The notes beneath the pieces are model-generated. The model worked only from the letters and a program-made list of their open reading frames with translations, made no database searches and had not been told where the DNA came from. A program made the translations under genes and the position numbers. Shown in pieces: positions 50,531 through 64,000 of a DNA stretch of 64,000 bases. The stretch covers positions 41,850,001 to 41,914,000 of the forward strand of contig OZ024755.1 of the NCBI GenBank assembly GCA_964016885.1, read 5' to 3'. This DNA comes from Eledone cirrhosa. Taxonomy: Eukaryota. How positions within the stretch are numbered: position 1 is the first letter of the stretch; each line of letters starts with the position of its first letter.

Positions 50531-50760
50531 ATAATAAACAACGAGTATGTTATCTATTTGGCACCAATTTAAAGAAATATGCATCGAAAACGTGTTTCTA
50601 TCTATTAATCTAACAATGTATCTGAACTACGATGCTTCTAACAGAATATATCTGTCCTAACTGCTTATTCAAATAGAAATAATCATATAAACACATTTAG
50701 TTTCTAATTAGATTCATTTTTATTTAATACAACATCCATTTTAAAACAATTTAATCTCAC

Positions 50761-50835
50761 CTTTTCTTTGGCTTTTAAATAGGCAGCTTCAAGCTTTTTA
50801 TAAGTAACAATGTATTCAATTTCACCATTAGGACC
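50761..50835 (-). CDS. ACCS: ACCS-like exon 1 of those seen: GPNGEIEYIVTYKKLEAAYLKAKEK
   Basis: ctaaAG acceptor, 75 nt (phase 0-0), GTgag donor; LEAAY..AK matches the helix that precedes V/IKG..NPxNP in ACC synthases. Confidence 0.85.
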
Positions 50836-51011
50836 CTTTAGAAACGAGAAATATATAGCATATATATACATATATATATATGAAGTAATAATGTCAGAAA
50901 AAAATATAAAATACTGTTTATCACTTGAAAAGAAAATCTTATATTTCAAGTGATAAGCAGTGTTTTAACAATTACAATTATTAATATATTATTCTGCACA
51001 CTATCGACGAC

Positions 51012-51200
<189 letters not shown>

Positions 51201-51599
51201 TATTTATGTTCATACACAGAACTACCCAATGTTTCAAGGTCCAGAAAACACGTCCAGAAAACAAGAGACATCAAAATAGTGGCCGTTCTTCGGGCTCTTA
51301 CACGAGTTTATAAGATACCACTAAAAATATATTTTACTAAGATCGCGTGTTTACAAAATAAAACGTAATAAAACTAAGGGAAATAACTGCAAGATGTAAA
51401 AATTAAATATGCAATCAACCAAGTGTTTGAGTTCGTATACTATAGCAGAAGTAATTATTAAGTGGTGGAATGTAATATAGAGACAGTAAAGTGTATGTAT
51501 TGTGTAAGTGCGGAAAGAGAAAGAGAAAGAAAAGATATAACGGAAGTATATAATCATATTAAGTTGGTTGAAAATCAGTTGAATTTGTTGAGTATTTCC

Positions 51600-52200
51600 A
51601 CTTAGCAAGCAACTGTTTTGAGATGAAAGCATCGCTAAAATATTTCGCTCTTTGAAATCAAATAAATATTGTTCGGAGACAACAAAACTTGTAATATCCT
51701 AGATTTCTCACTCAGACAGAGATCACATTTCTTGGTACCGTTGGTGTAAGGCCTGGAATGTCAGACACCTTCCATGATATCTTATGTGGAACTCCTTTCT
51801 CCTTTAATTACCAAAACTTTTTTTGCCAGGGTTGTACTGCTTCTCATATCAGGATTCCTGAAGGAGTGATGTATGAAAAAACGTTGTTTAAAGCAATCTT
51901 GTATCATGCCGACGTATCTTTCGCTAACTTCAGAGTTTTCTGTGGTGTTGTATGTAATCTCTGCTTCAAACACAGCAGATTTGATATTACATTCCTGTTG
52001 GGGAGAGCAGTTCTCTTTAATGCTACAAAAGCAAAGTAAATTTACGTCGGGTATATCGTTTGCAGTAATTTTTGATCTCATTGACGCTCCTCATTAATAG
52101 GATAGCTTGACGGTGTTACGATTGAATATTTTACCGTATCTACGTTGTGGGGGGAATGTCTACCTAATAAATCTAAAAAACTGTGAGCGACCGGAATAAG
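51600..52200 (-). mobile_element. Penelope-like element relic (RT C-terminal linker plus GIY-YIG endonuclease)
   Basis: Minus strand KIFNRNTVKLSY, CFCSIKENC..C...AVFEAEI..YVG..FKQRF..H.SFRN..TTLAK, PYTNGTKKCDLCLSEK. Confidence 0.8.
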
Positions 52201-52444
52201 TCGGATGTTCTGGAAGGAAAACACATATGAGGATAAAATTATCTATACGAACCATTTCTCTGATTGGTACATCGCAGGTTTGGACTCGGGCAAAGTCGAG
52301 AATGTCGTTTTTTATTCTGGAATAATATGGAGTAAGACAAAGGAAATAATCTAGAAGAAATAGAAAATGAGATTTCATTTGAAATAGGAATGTGTTTTAT
52401 AGATAGCAAAAGTATTGCCACACAGAACAGTTATTGTTACAATT

Positions 52445-55400
52445 TACAACAGTCAATCTGACAGGTGTAATACACCTTACAGCAGTCTGACAGGTGTAAT
52501 ATACCTTACAAGAATCTGACAGGTGTAATATACCTTACAACAGTCTGACAGGTGTAATATATCGTATAACAGACTGACAGGTGTAATATATCTTACAACA
52601 GTCAATATCACAGGTGTAATGTATCTTACAACAGTCTGACAAGTGTAATATACCTTACAACAGTCTGACAGGTGTAATATATCTTACAACAGTCAATATC
52701 ACAGGTTTAATATATTTTACAACAGTCTGACAGGTGTAATATATCTTACAACAGTCTGACAGGTGTAATATACCTTACAACAGTCTGACAGGTGTAATAT
52801 ATCTTAGAACAGTCTGACAGGTTTAATATACCTTACAACAGTCTGACAGGTGTAATATACCTTACAACAGTCTGACAGGTGTAATATAACTTACAACAGT
52901 CTGACAGGTGTCATATACCTTACAACAGTCTGAGAGGTGTAATATACCTTACAACAGTCTGACAGGTGTCATATACCTTACAACAGTCTGACAGGTGTAA
53001 TATACCTTACAACAGTCTGACAGGTGTAATATACCTTACAACAGTCTGACAGGTGTAATATACCTTACAACATTCTGACAGGTGTAAAATACCTTACAAC
53101 AGTCTGACAGGTGTAATATACCTTACAACATTCTGACAGGTGTAAAATACCTTACAACAGTCTGACAGGTGTAATATACCTTACAACAGTCTGACAGGTG
53201 TAATATACCTTACAACAGTCTGACAGGTGTAATATACCTTACAGCAGTCTGACAGGTTTAATATACCTTACAACAGTCTGACAGGTGTAATATATCTTAC
53301 AACAGTCTGACAGGTGTAATATACCTTACAACAGTCTGACAGGTGTAATATACCTTACAACAGTCTGACAGGTGTAATATATCTTACAACAGTCTGACAG
53401 GTGTAATATACCTTACAACAGTCTGACAGGTGTAATATACCTTACAACAGTCTGACAGGTGTAATATATCTTACAACAGTCTGACAGGTGTAATATACCT
53501 TACAACAGTCTGACAGGTGTAATATACCTTACAACAGTCTGACAGGTGTAATATATCTTACAACAGTCTGACAGGTGTAATATACCTTACAACAGTCTGA
53601 CAGGTGTAATATACCTTACAACAGTCTGACAGGTGTAATATATCTTACAACAGTCTGACAGGTGTAATATACCTTACAACAGTCTGACAGGTGTAATATA
53701 CCTTACAACAGTCTGACAGGTGTAATATATCTTACAACAGTCTGACAGGTGTAATATACCTTACAACAGTCTGACAGGTGTAATATACCTTACAACAGTC
53801 TGACAGGTGTAATATATCTTACAACAGTCTGACAGGTGTAATATACCTTACAACAGTCTGACAGGTGTAATATACCTTACAACAGTCTGACAGGTGTAAT
53901 ATACCTTACAACAGTCTGACAGGTGTAATATACCTTACAGCAGTCTGACAGGTGTAATATACCTTACAGCAGTCTGACAGGTGTAATATACCTTACAACA
54001 GTCTGACAGGTGTAATATACCTTACAACAGTCTGACAGGTGTCAGATACCTTACAACAGTCTGACAGGTGTAATATACCTTACAACAGTCTGACAGGTGT
54101 AATATATCTTACAACAGTCTGACAGCTGTAATATACCTTACAACAGTCTGACAGGTGTAATATACCTTACAACAGTCTGACAGGTGTAATATACCTTACA
54201 ACAGTCTGACAGGTGTAATATATCTTACAACAGTCTGACAGGTGTAATATATCTTACAACAGTCTGACAGGTGTAATATACCTTACAACAGTCTGACAGG
54301 TGTAATATACCTTACAACAGTCTGACAGGTGTAATATAACTTACAACAGTCTGACAGGTGTAATATACCTTACACCAGTCTGACAGGTGTAATATAGCTT
54401 ACAGCAGTCTGACAGGTGTAATATACCTTACAACAGTCTGACAGGTGTAGTATACCTTACAACAGTCTGACAGGTGTAATATACCTTACAACAGTCTGAC
54501 AGGTGTAATATACCTTACAACAGTCTGACAGGTGTAATATACCTTACACCAGTCTGACAGGTGTAGTATACCTTACAACAGTCTGACAGGTGTCATATAC
54601 CTTACAACAGTCTGACAGGTGTAATATATCTTACAACAGTCTGACAGGTGTAATATACCTTACAACAGTCTGACAGATGTAATATATCTTACAACAGTCT
54701 GAGAGGTGTAATATACCTTACAACAGTCTGACAGGTGTAATATATCTTACAACAGTCTGACAGGTGTAATATACCTTACAACAGTCTGACAGGTGTAATA
54801 TACCTTACAACAGTCTGACAGGTGTAATATATCTTACAACAGTCTGACAGGTGTAATATACCTTACACCAGTCTGACAGGTGTAATATACCTTACAGCAG
54901 TCTGACAGGTGTAATATACCTTACAACAGTCTGACAGGTGTAATATACCTTACAACAGTCTGAGAGGTGTAATATACCTTACAACAGTCTGACAGGTGTA
55001 ATATACCTTACAGCAGTCTGACAGGTGTAATATACCTTACAACAGTCTGACAGGTGTAATATACCTTACAACAGTCTGACAGGTGTAATATATCTTACAA
55101 CAGTCTGACAGGTGTCATATACCTTACAGCAGTCTGACAGGTGTAATATACCTTACAGCAGTCTGACAGGTGTAATATACCTTACAACAGTCTGACAGGT
55201 GTAATATACCTTACAACAGTCTGAGAGGTGTAATATACCTTACAACAGTCTGACAGGTGTAATATACCTTACAGCAGTCTGACAGGTGTCATATACCTTA
55301 CAACAGTCTGAGAGGTGTAATATAACTTACAACAGTCTGACAGGTGTCATATACCTTACAACAGTCTGAGAGGTGTAATATACCTTACAACAGTCTGAGA

Positions 55401-58400
55401 GGTGTAATATATCTTACAACAGTCTGACAGGTGTAATATACCTTACAACAGTCTGACAGGTGTAATATATCTTACAACAGTCTGACAGGTGTCATATACC
55501 TTACAGCAGTCTGACAGGTGTAATATATCTTACAACAGTCAATATCACAGGTTTAATATATCTTACAACAGTCTGACAGGTGTAATATATCTTAGAACAG
55601 TCTGACAGGTGTAATATACCTTACAACAGTCTGACAGGTGTAATATACCTTACAACAGTCTGACAGGTGTAATATACCTTACAACAGTCTGACAGGTGTA
55701 ATATACCTTACAACAGTCTGACAGGTGTAATATATCTTACAACAGTCTGACAGGTGTAATATACCTTACAACAGTCTGACAGGTGTCATATACCTTACAA
55801 CAGTCTGACAGGTGTCAGATACCTTACAACAGTCTGAGAGGTGTAATATACCTTACAACAGTCTGACAGGTGTAATATATCTTACAACAGTCTGACAGGT
55901 GTAATATACCTTACAACAGTCTGACAGGTGTCATATACCTTACAACAGTCTGAGAGGTGTAATATACCTTACAACAGTCTGACAGGTGTAATATACCTTA
56001 CAACAGTCTGAGAGGTGTAATATACCTTACAACAGTCTGACAGGTGTAATATACCTTACAACAGTCTGAGAGGTGTAATATACCTTACAACAGTCTGACA
56101 GGTGTCATATACCTTACAACAGTCTGACAGGTGTAATATACCTTACAACAGTCTGACAGGTGTCATATACCTTACAGCAGTCTGACAGGTGTAATATACC
56201 TTACAACAGTCTGACAGGTGTAATATACCTTACAACAGTCTGACAGGTGTAATATATCTTACAACAGTCTGAGAGGTGTAATATACCTTACAGCAGTCTG
56301 ACAGGTGTAATATACCTTACAACAGTCTGACAGGTGTAATATACCTTACAACAGTCTGACAGGTGTAATATATCTTACAACAGTCTGACAGGTGTAATAT
56401 ATCTTACAACAGTCTGAGAGGTGTAATATACCTTACAACAGTCTGACAGGTGTAATATATCTTACAACAGTCTGACAGGTGTAATATACCTTACAACAGT
56501 CTGAGAGGTGTAATATACCTTACAACAGTCTGACAGGTGTAATATACCTTACAACAGTCTGAGAGGTGTAATATACCTTACAACAGTCTGACAGGTGTAG
56601 TATATCTTACAACAGTCTGAGAGGTGTAATATACCTTACAGCAGTCTGAGAGGTGTAATATACCTTACAACAGTCTGACAGGTGTAATATACCTTACAAC
56701 AGTCTGAGAGGTGTAATATACCTTACAACAGTCTGACAGGTGTAATATACCTTACAGCAGTCTGAGAGGTGTAATATACCTTACAACAGTCTGAGAGGTG
56801 TAATATACCTTACAACAGTCTGAGAGGTGTAATATACCTTACAACAGTCTGACAGGTGTAATATACCTTACAACAGTCTGACAGGTGTAATATACCTTAC
56901 AACAGTCTGACAGGTGTAATATACCTTACAACAGTCTGACAGGTGTAATATATCTTACAACAGTCTGACAGGTGTAATATACCTTACAACAGTCTGACAG
57001 GTGTAATATATCTTACAACAGTCTGACAGGTGTCATATACCTTACAACAGTCTGACAGGTGTAATATACCTTACAACAGTCTGACAGGTGTCATATACCT
57101 TACAACAGTCTGACAGGTGTAATATACCTTACAACAGTCTGACAGGTGTAATATACCTTACAGCAGTCTGACAGGTGTAATATACCTTACAACAGTCTGA
57201 CAGGTGTAATATATCTTACAACAGTCTGACAGGTGTCATATACCTTAGAACAGTCTGACAGGTGTAATATATCTTACAACAGTCTGACAGGTGTCATATA
57301 CCTTAGAACAGTCTGACAGGTGTCATATACCTTAGAACAGTCTGACAGGTGTAATATACCTTAGAACAGTCTGACAGGTGTCATATACCTTAGAACAGTC
57401 TGACAGGTGTAATATACCTTAGAACAGTCTGACAGGTGTCATATACCTTAGAACAGTCTGACAGGTGTCAAATACCTTAGAACACTCTGACAGGTGTCAT
57501 ATACCTTAGAACAGTCTGACAGGTGTCATATACCTTAGAACAGTCTGACAGGTGTAATATACCTTACAGCAGTCTGACAGGTGTAATATACCTTACAACA
57601 GTCTGACAGGTGTCATATACCTTACAACAGTCTGACAGGTGTAACATACCTTACAACAGTCTGACAGGTGTCATATATCTTACAACAGTCTGACAGGTGT
57701 AATATACCTTACAACAGTCTGACAGGTGTAATATACCTTACAACAGTCTGACAGGTGTAATATACCTTACAGCAGTCTGAGAGGTGTAATATACCTTACA
57801 ACAGTCTGACAGGTGTCATATACCTTACAACAGTCTGACAGGTGTAATATACCTTACAACAGTCTGACAGGTGTAATATACCTTACAACAGTCTGACAGG
57901 TGTAATATACCTTACAGCAGTCTGAGAGGTGTAATATACCTTACAACAGTCTGACAGGTGTAATATACCTTACAACAGTCTGACAGGTGTAATATACCTT
58001 ACAGCAGTCTGAGAGGTGTAATATACCTTACAACAGTCTGACAGGTGTAATATACCTTACAACAGTCTGACAGGTGTCATATACCTTACAACAGTCTGAC
58101 AGGTGTAATATACCTTACAATAGTCTGACAGGTGTAATATATCTTACAACAGCCTGACAGGTGTCATATACCTTACAACAGTCTGACAGGTGTAATATAC
58201 CTTACAGCAGTCTGACAGGTGTAATATACCTTACAACAGTCTGACAGGTGTAATATATCTTACAACAGTCTGACAGGTGTCATATATCTTACAACAGTCT
58301 GACAGGTGTAATATACCTTACAACAGTCTGACAGGTGTCATATATCTTACAACAGTCTGACAGGTGTAATATACCTTACAACAGTCTGAGAGGTGTAATA

Positions 58401-61400
58401 TACCTTACAACAGTCTGCCAGGTGTAATATACATTACAACAGTCTGACAGGTGTAATATACCTTACAACAGTCTGACAGGTGTAGTATACCTTACAGCAG
58501 TCTGACAGGTGTAATATACCTTACAACAGTCTGACAGGTGTCATATACCTTACAACAGTCTGACAGGTGTAATATACCTTACAACAGTCTGACAGGTGTA
58601 ATATACCTTACAACAGTCTGAGAGGTGTAATATACCTTACAACAGTCTGACAGGTGTAATATACCTTACAACAGTCTGACAGGTGTAATATACCTTACAA
58701 CAGTCTGACAGGTGTAATATATCTTACAACAGTCTGACAGGTGTAATATACCTTACAACAGTCTGACAGGTGTAATATACCTTACAACAGTCTGACAGGT
58801 GTAATATACCTTACAACAGTCTGAGAGGTGTAATATACCTTACAACAGTCTGACAGGTGTAATATACCTTACAACAGTCTGACAGGTGTAATATACCTTA
58901 CAACAGTCTGACAGGTGTAATATACCTTACAACAGTCTGACAGGTGTAATATACCTTACAACAGTCTGACAGGTGTCATATACCTTACAACAGTCTGACA
59001 GGTATAGTATATCTTACAACAGTCTGACAGGTGTAATATACCTTACAACAGTCTGAGAGGTGTAATATACCTTACAACAGTCTGACAGGTGTAATATACT
59101 TTACAACAGTCTGACAGGTGTAATATACCTTACAACAGTCTGACAGGTGTAATATACCTTACAACAGTCTGACAGGTGTAATATATCTTACAACAGTCTG
59201 ACAGTTGTAATATACCTTACAGCAGTCTGACAGGTGTAATATACCTTACAACAGTCTGACAGGTGTCATATACCTTACAACAGTCTGACAGGTGTAATAT
59301 ACCTTACAAAAGTCTGACAGGTGTAATATATCTTACAACAGTCTGACAGGTGTCAGATAACTTACAACAGTCTGACAGGTGTAATATACCTTACAGCAGT
59401 CTGACAGGAGTAATATACCTTACAACAGTCTGACAGGTGTAATATACCTTACAACAGTCTGACAGGTGTCATATACCTTACAACAGTCTGACAGGTGTAA
59501 TATATCTTACAACAGTCTGACAGGTGTAATATATCTTACAACAGTCTGACAGGTGTAATATACCTTACAACAGTCTGAGAGGTGTAATATACCTTACAAC
59601 AGTCTGACAGGTGTAATATACCTTACAACAGTCTGACAGGTGTAATATACCTTACAACAGTCTGAGAGGTGTAATATACCTTACAACAGTCTGACAGGTG
59701 TAATATACCTTACAACAGTCTGACAGGTGTAATATACCTTACAACAGTCTGACAGGTGTAATATATCTTACAACAGTCTGACAGGTGTAATATACCTTAC
59801 AACAGTCTGACAGGTGTAATATACCTTACAACAGTCTGACAGGTGTAATATACCTTACAACACTCTGAGAGGTGTAATATACCTTACAACAGTCTGACAG
59901 GTGTAATATACCTTACAACAGTCTGACAGGTGTAATATACCTTACAACAGTCTGACAGGTGTAATATACCTTACAACAGTCTGACAGGTGTAATATACCT
60001 TACAACAGTCTGACAGGTGTCATATACCTTACAACAGTCTGACAGGTGTAGTATATCTTACAACAGTCTGACAGGTGTAATACCTTACAACAGTCTGAGA
60101 GGTGTAATATACCTTACAACAGTCTGACAGGTGTAATATACTTTACAACAGTCTGACAGGTGTAATATACCTTACAACAGTCTGACAGGTGTAATATACC
60201 TTACAACAGTCTGACAGGTGTAATATACCTTACAACAGTCTGACAGGTGTAATATACCTTACAACAGTCTGACAGGTGTAATATATCTTACAACAGTCTG
60301 ACAGGTGTAATATACCTTACAACAGTCTGACAGGTGTAATATATCTTACAACAGTCTGACAGGTGTCATATACCTTACAACAGTCTGACAGGTGTAATAT
60401 ACCTTACAACAGTCTGACAGGTGTCATATACCTTACAACAGTCTGACAGGTGTAATATACCTTACAACAGTCTGACAGGTGTAATATACCTTACAGCAGT
60501 CTGACAGGTGTAATATACCTTACAACAGTCTGACAGGTGTAATATATCTTACAACAGTCTGACAGGTGTCATATACCTTAGAACAGTCTGACAGGTGTAA
60601 TATATCTTACAACAGTCTGACAGGTGTCATATACCTTAGAACAGTCTGACAGGTGTCATATACCTTAGAACAGTCTGACAGGTGTAATATACCTTAGAAC
60701 AGTCTGACAGGTGTCATATACCTTAGAACAGTCTGACAGGTGTAATATACCTTAGAACAGTCTGACAGGTGTCATATACCTTAGAACAGTCTGACAGGTG
60801 TCAAATACCTTAGAACACTCTGACAGGTGTCATATACCTTAGAACAGTCTGACAGGTGTCATATACCTTAGAACAGTCTGACAGGTGTAATATACCTTAC
60901 AGCAGTCTGACAGGTGTAATATACCTTACAACAGTCTGACAGGTGTAATATACCTTACAACAGTCTGAGAGGTGTAATATACCTTACAACAGTCTGACAG
61001 GTGTAATATACCTTACAACAGTCTGACAGGTGTCATATATCTTACAACAGTCTGACAGGTGTAATATACCTTACAACAGTCTGACAGGTGTAATATACCT
61101 TACAACAGTCTGACAGGTGTAATATACCTTACAGCAGTCTGAGAGGTGTAATATACCTTAGAACACTCTGACAGGTGTCATATACCTTAGAACAGTCTGA
61201 CAGGTGTCATATACCTTAGAACAGTCTGACAGGTGTAATATACCTTACAGCAGTCTGACAGGTGTAATATACCTTACAACAGTCTGACAGGTGTAATATA
61301 CCTTACAACAGTCTGAGAGGTGTAATATACCTTACAACAGTCTGACAGGTGTAATATACCTTACAGCAGTCTGAGAGGTGTAATATACCTTACAACAGTC

Positions 61401-64000
61401 TGAGAGGTGTAATATACCTTACAACAGTCTGACAGGTGTCATATACCTTACAACAGTCTGACAGGTGTAATATACCTTACAACAGTCTGACAGGTGTAAT
61501 ATACCTTACAACAGTCTGACAGGTGTAATATACCTTACAACAGTCTGACAGGTGTCATATACCTTACAACAGTCTGACAGGTGTAATATACCTTACAACA
61601 GTCTGACAGGTGTAATATATCTTACAACAGTCTGACAGGTGTCATATATCTTACAACAGTCTGACAGGTGTAATATACCTTACAACAGTCTGACAGGTGT
61701 CATATATCTTACAACAGTCTGACAGGTGTAATATACCTTACAACAGTCTGAGAGGTGTAATATACCTTACAACAGTCTGCCAGGTGTAATATACATTACA
61801 ACAGTCTGACAGGTGTAATATACCTTACAACAGTCTGACAGGTGTAGTATACCTTACAGCAGTCTGACAGGTGTAATATACCTTACAACAGTCTGACAGG
61901 TGTCATATACCTTACAACAGTCTGACAGGTGTAATATACCTTACAACAGTCTGACAGGTGTAATATACCTTACAACAGTCTGAGAGGTGTAATATACCTT
62001 ACAACAGTCTGACAGGTGTAATATACCTTACAACAGTCTGACAGGTGTAATATACCTTACAACAGTCTGACAGGTGTAATATATCTTACAACAGTCTGAC
62101 AGGTGTAATATACCTTACAACAGTCTGACAGGTGTAATATACCTTACAACAGTCTGACAGGTGTAATATACCTTACAACAGTCTGAGAGGTGTAATATAC
62201 CTTACAACAGTCTGACAGGTGTAATATACCTTACAACAGTCTGACAGGTGTAATATACCTTACAACAGTCTGACAGGTGTAATATACCTTACAACAGTCT
62301 GACAGGTGTAATATACCTTACAACAGTCTGACAGGTGTCATATACCTTACAACAGTCTGACAGGTATAGTATATCTTACAACAGTCTGACAGGTGTAATA
62401 TACCTTACAACAGTCTGAGAGGTGTAATATACCTTACAACAGTCTGACAGGTGTAATATACTTTACAACAGTCTGACAGGTGTAATATACCTTACAACAG
62501 TCTGACAGGTGTAATATACCTTACAACAGTCTGACAGGTGTAATATATCTTACAACAGTCTGACAGTTGTAATATACCTTACAGCAGTCTGACAGGTGTA
62601 ATATACCTTACAACAGTCTGACAGGTGTCATATACCTTACAACAGTCTGACAGGTGTAATATACCTTACAAAAGTCTGACAGGTGTAATATATCTTACAA
62701 CAGTCTGACAGGTGTCAGATAACTTACAACAGTCTGACAGGTGTAATATACCTTACAGCAGTCTGACAGGAGTAATATACCTTACAACAGTCTGACAGGT
62801 GTAATATACCTTACAACAGTCTGACAGGTGTCATATACCTTACAACAGTCTGACAGGTGTAATATATCTTACAACAGTCTGACAGGTGTAATATATCTTA
62901 CAACAGTCTGACAGGTGTAATATACCTTACAACAGTCTGAGAGGTGTAATATACCTTACAACAGTCTGACAGGTGTAATATACCTTACAACAGTCTGACA
63001 GGTGTAATATACCTTACAACAGTCTGAGAGGTGTAATATACCTTACAACAGTCTGACAGGTGTAATATACCTTACAACAGTCTGACAGGTGTAATATACC
63101 TTACAACAGTCTGACAGGTGTAATATATCTTACAACAGTCTGACAGGTGTAATATACCTTACAACAGTCTGACAGGTGTAATATACCTTACAACAGTCTG
63201 ACAGGTGTAATATACCTTACAACACTCTGAGAGGTGTAATATACCTTACAACAGTCTGACAGGTGTAATATACCTTACAACAGTCTGACAGGTGTAATAT
63301 ACCTTACAACAGTCTGACAGGTGTAATATACCTTACAACAGTCTGACAGGTGTAATATACCTTACAACAGTCTGACAGGTGTCATATACCTTACAACAGT
63401 CTGACAGGTGTAGTATATCTTACAACAGTCTGACAGGTGTAATACCTTACAACAGTCTGAGAGGTGTAATATACCTTACAACAGTCTGACAGGTGTAATA
63501 TACTTTACAACAGTCTGACAGGTGTAATATACCTTACAACAGTCTGACAGGTGTAATATACCTTACAACAGTCTGACAGGTGTAATATATCTTACAACAG
63601 TCTGACAGGTGTAATATACCTTACAGCAGTCTGACAGATGTAATATACCTTACAACAGTCTGACAGGTGTCATATACCTTACAACAGTCTGACAGGTGTA
63701 ATATACCTTACAACAGTCTGACAGATGTAATATATCTTACAACAGTCTGACAGGTGTCAGATAACTTACAACAGTCTGACAGGTGTAATATACCTTACAG
63801 CAGTCTGACAGGTGTAATATACCTTACAGCAGTCTGAGAGGTGTAATATACCTTACAACAGTCTGACAGGTGTCATATACCTTACAACAGTCTGACAGGT
63901 GTAATATACCTTACAACAGTCTGACAGGTGTAATATACCTTACAACAGTCTGACAGGTGTAATATACCTTACAGCAGTCTGAGAGGTGTAATATACCTTA
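52445..64000. repeat. 29-bp satellite (acagtctgacaggtgtaatataccttaca), >11.5 kb, ~400 copies, runs off the window end
   Basis: Period read directly; point variants (gag/gac, gtc/gta, tatc/tacc, ttag/ttac, cagc/caac). Confidence 0.98.

Noticed and set aside
51270-51300. Hammerhead in the pLTR downstream of the Penelope relic (minus strand ccgaaga)
   Set aside because: No GAAA or stems could be assigned.

Overview
Repeat-rich, AT-rich eukaryotic DNA, probably from an octopus or other coleoid cephalopod. That assignment is inferred from the SINE, Dong/R4, Penelope and microsatellite content and is not verified. One host gene crosses the window on the minus strand: a PLP-dependent ACC-synthase-like aminotransferase (ACCS/ACCSL family). 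Six small GT-AG exons at 50835-27381 join in consistent phase and keep the NPxNPTG, DEIY, SK/DF..SGFRCG and GWFR motifs; the first and last exons were not found in the window. The introns contain two inverted copies of an L1/Tx1-type LINE, a stack of Dong/R4-type RLE LINEs in a TAA microsatellite, two Helitrons, a Penelope GIY-YIG relic, an RTE fragment, many tRNA-SINEs and several mini- and microsatellites. They also hold two very large satellites: about 18 kb of a 64-71 bp unit, and at least 11.5 kb of a 29 bp unit. Main findings: (1) about eight hammerhead-ribozyme motifs cluster at 32.4-49.5 kb; two have fully intact minimal type-I cores on the pre-mRNA sense strand, and most of the others lie in the arms of long foldback palindromes. 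(2) The 18 kb satellite appears to have arisen from the endonuclease-coding region of an RLE LINE whose flanks are still present on both sides. (3) The 29-bp satellite contains a 3362-bp higher-order duplication.
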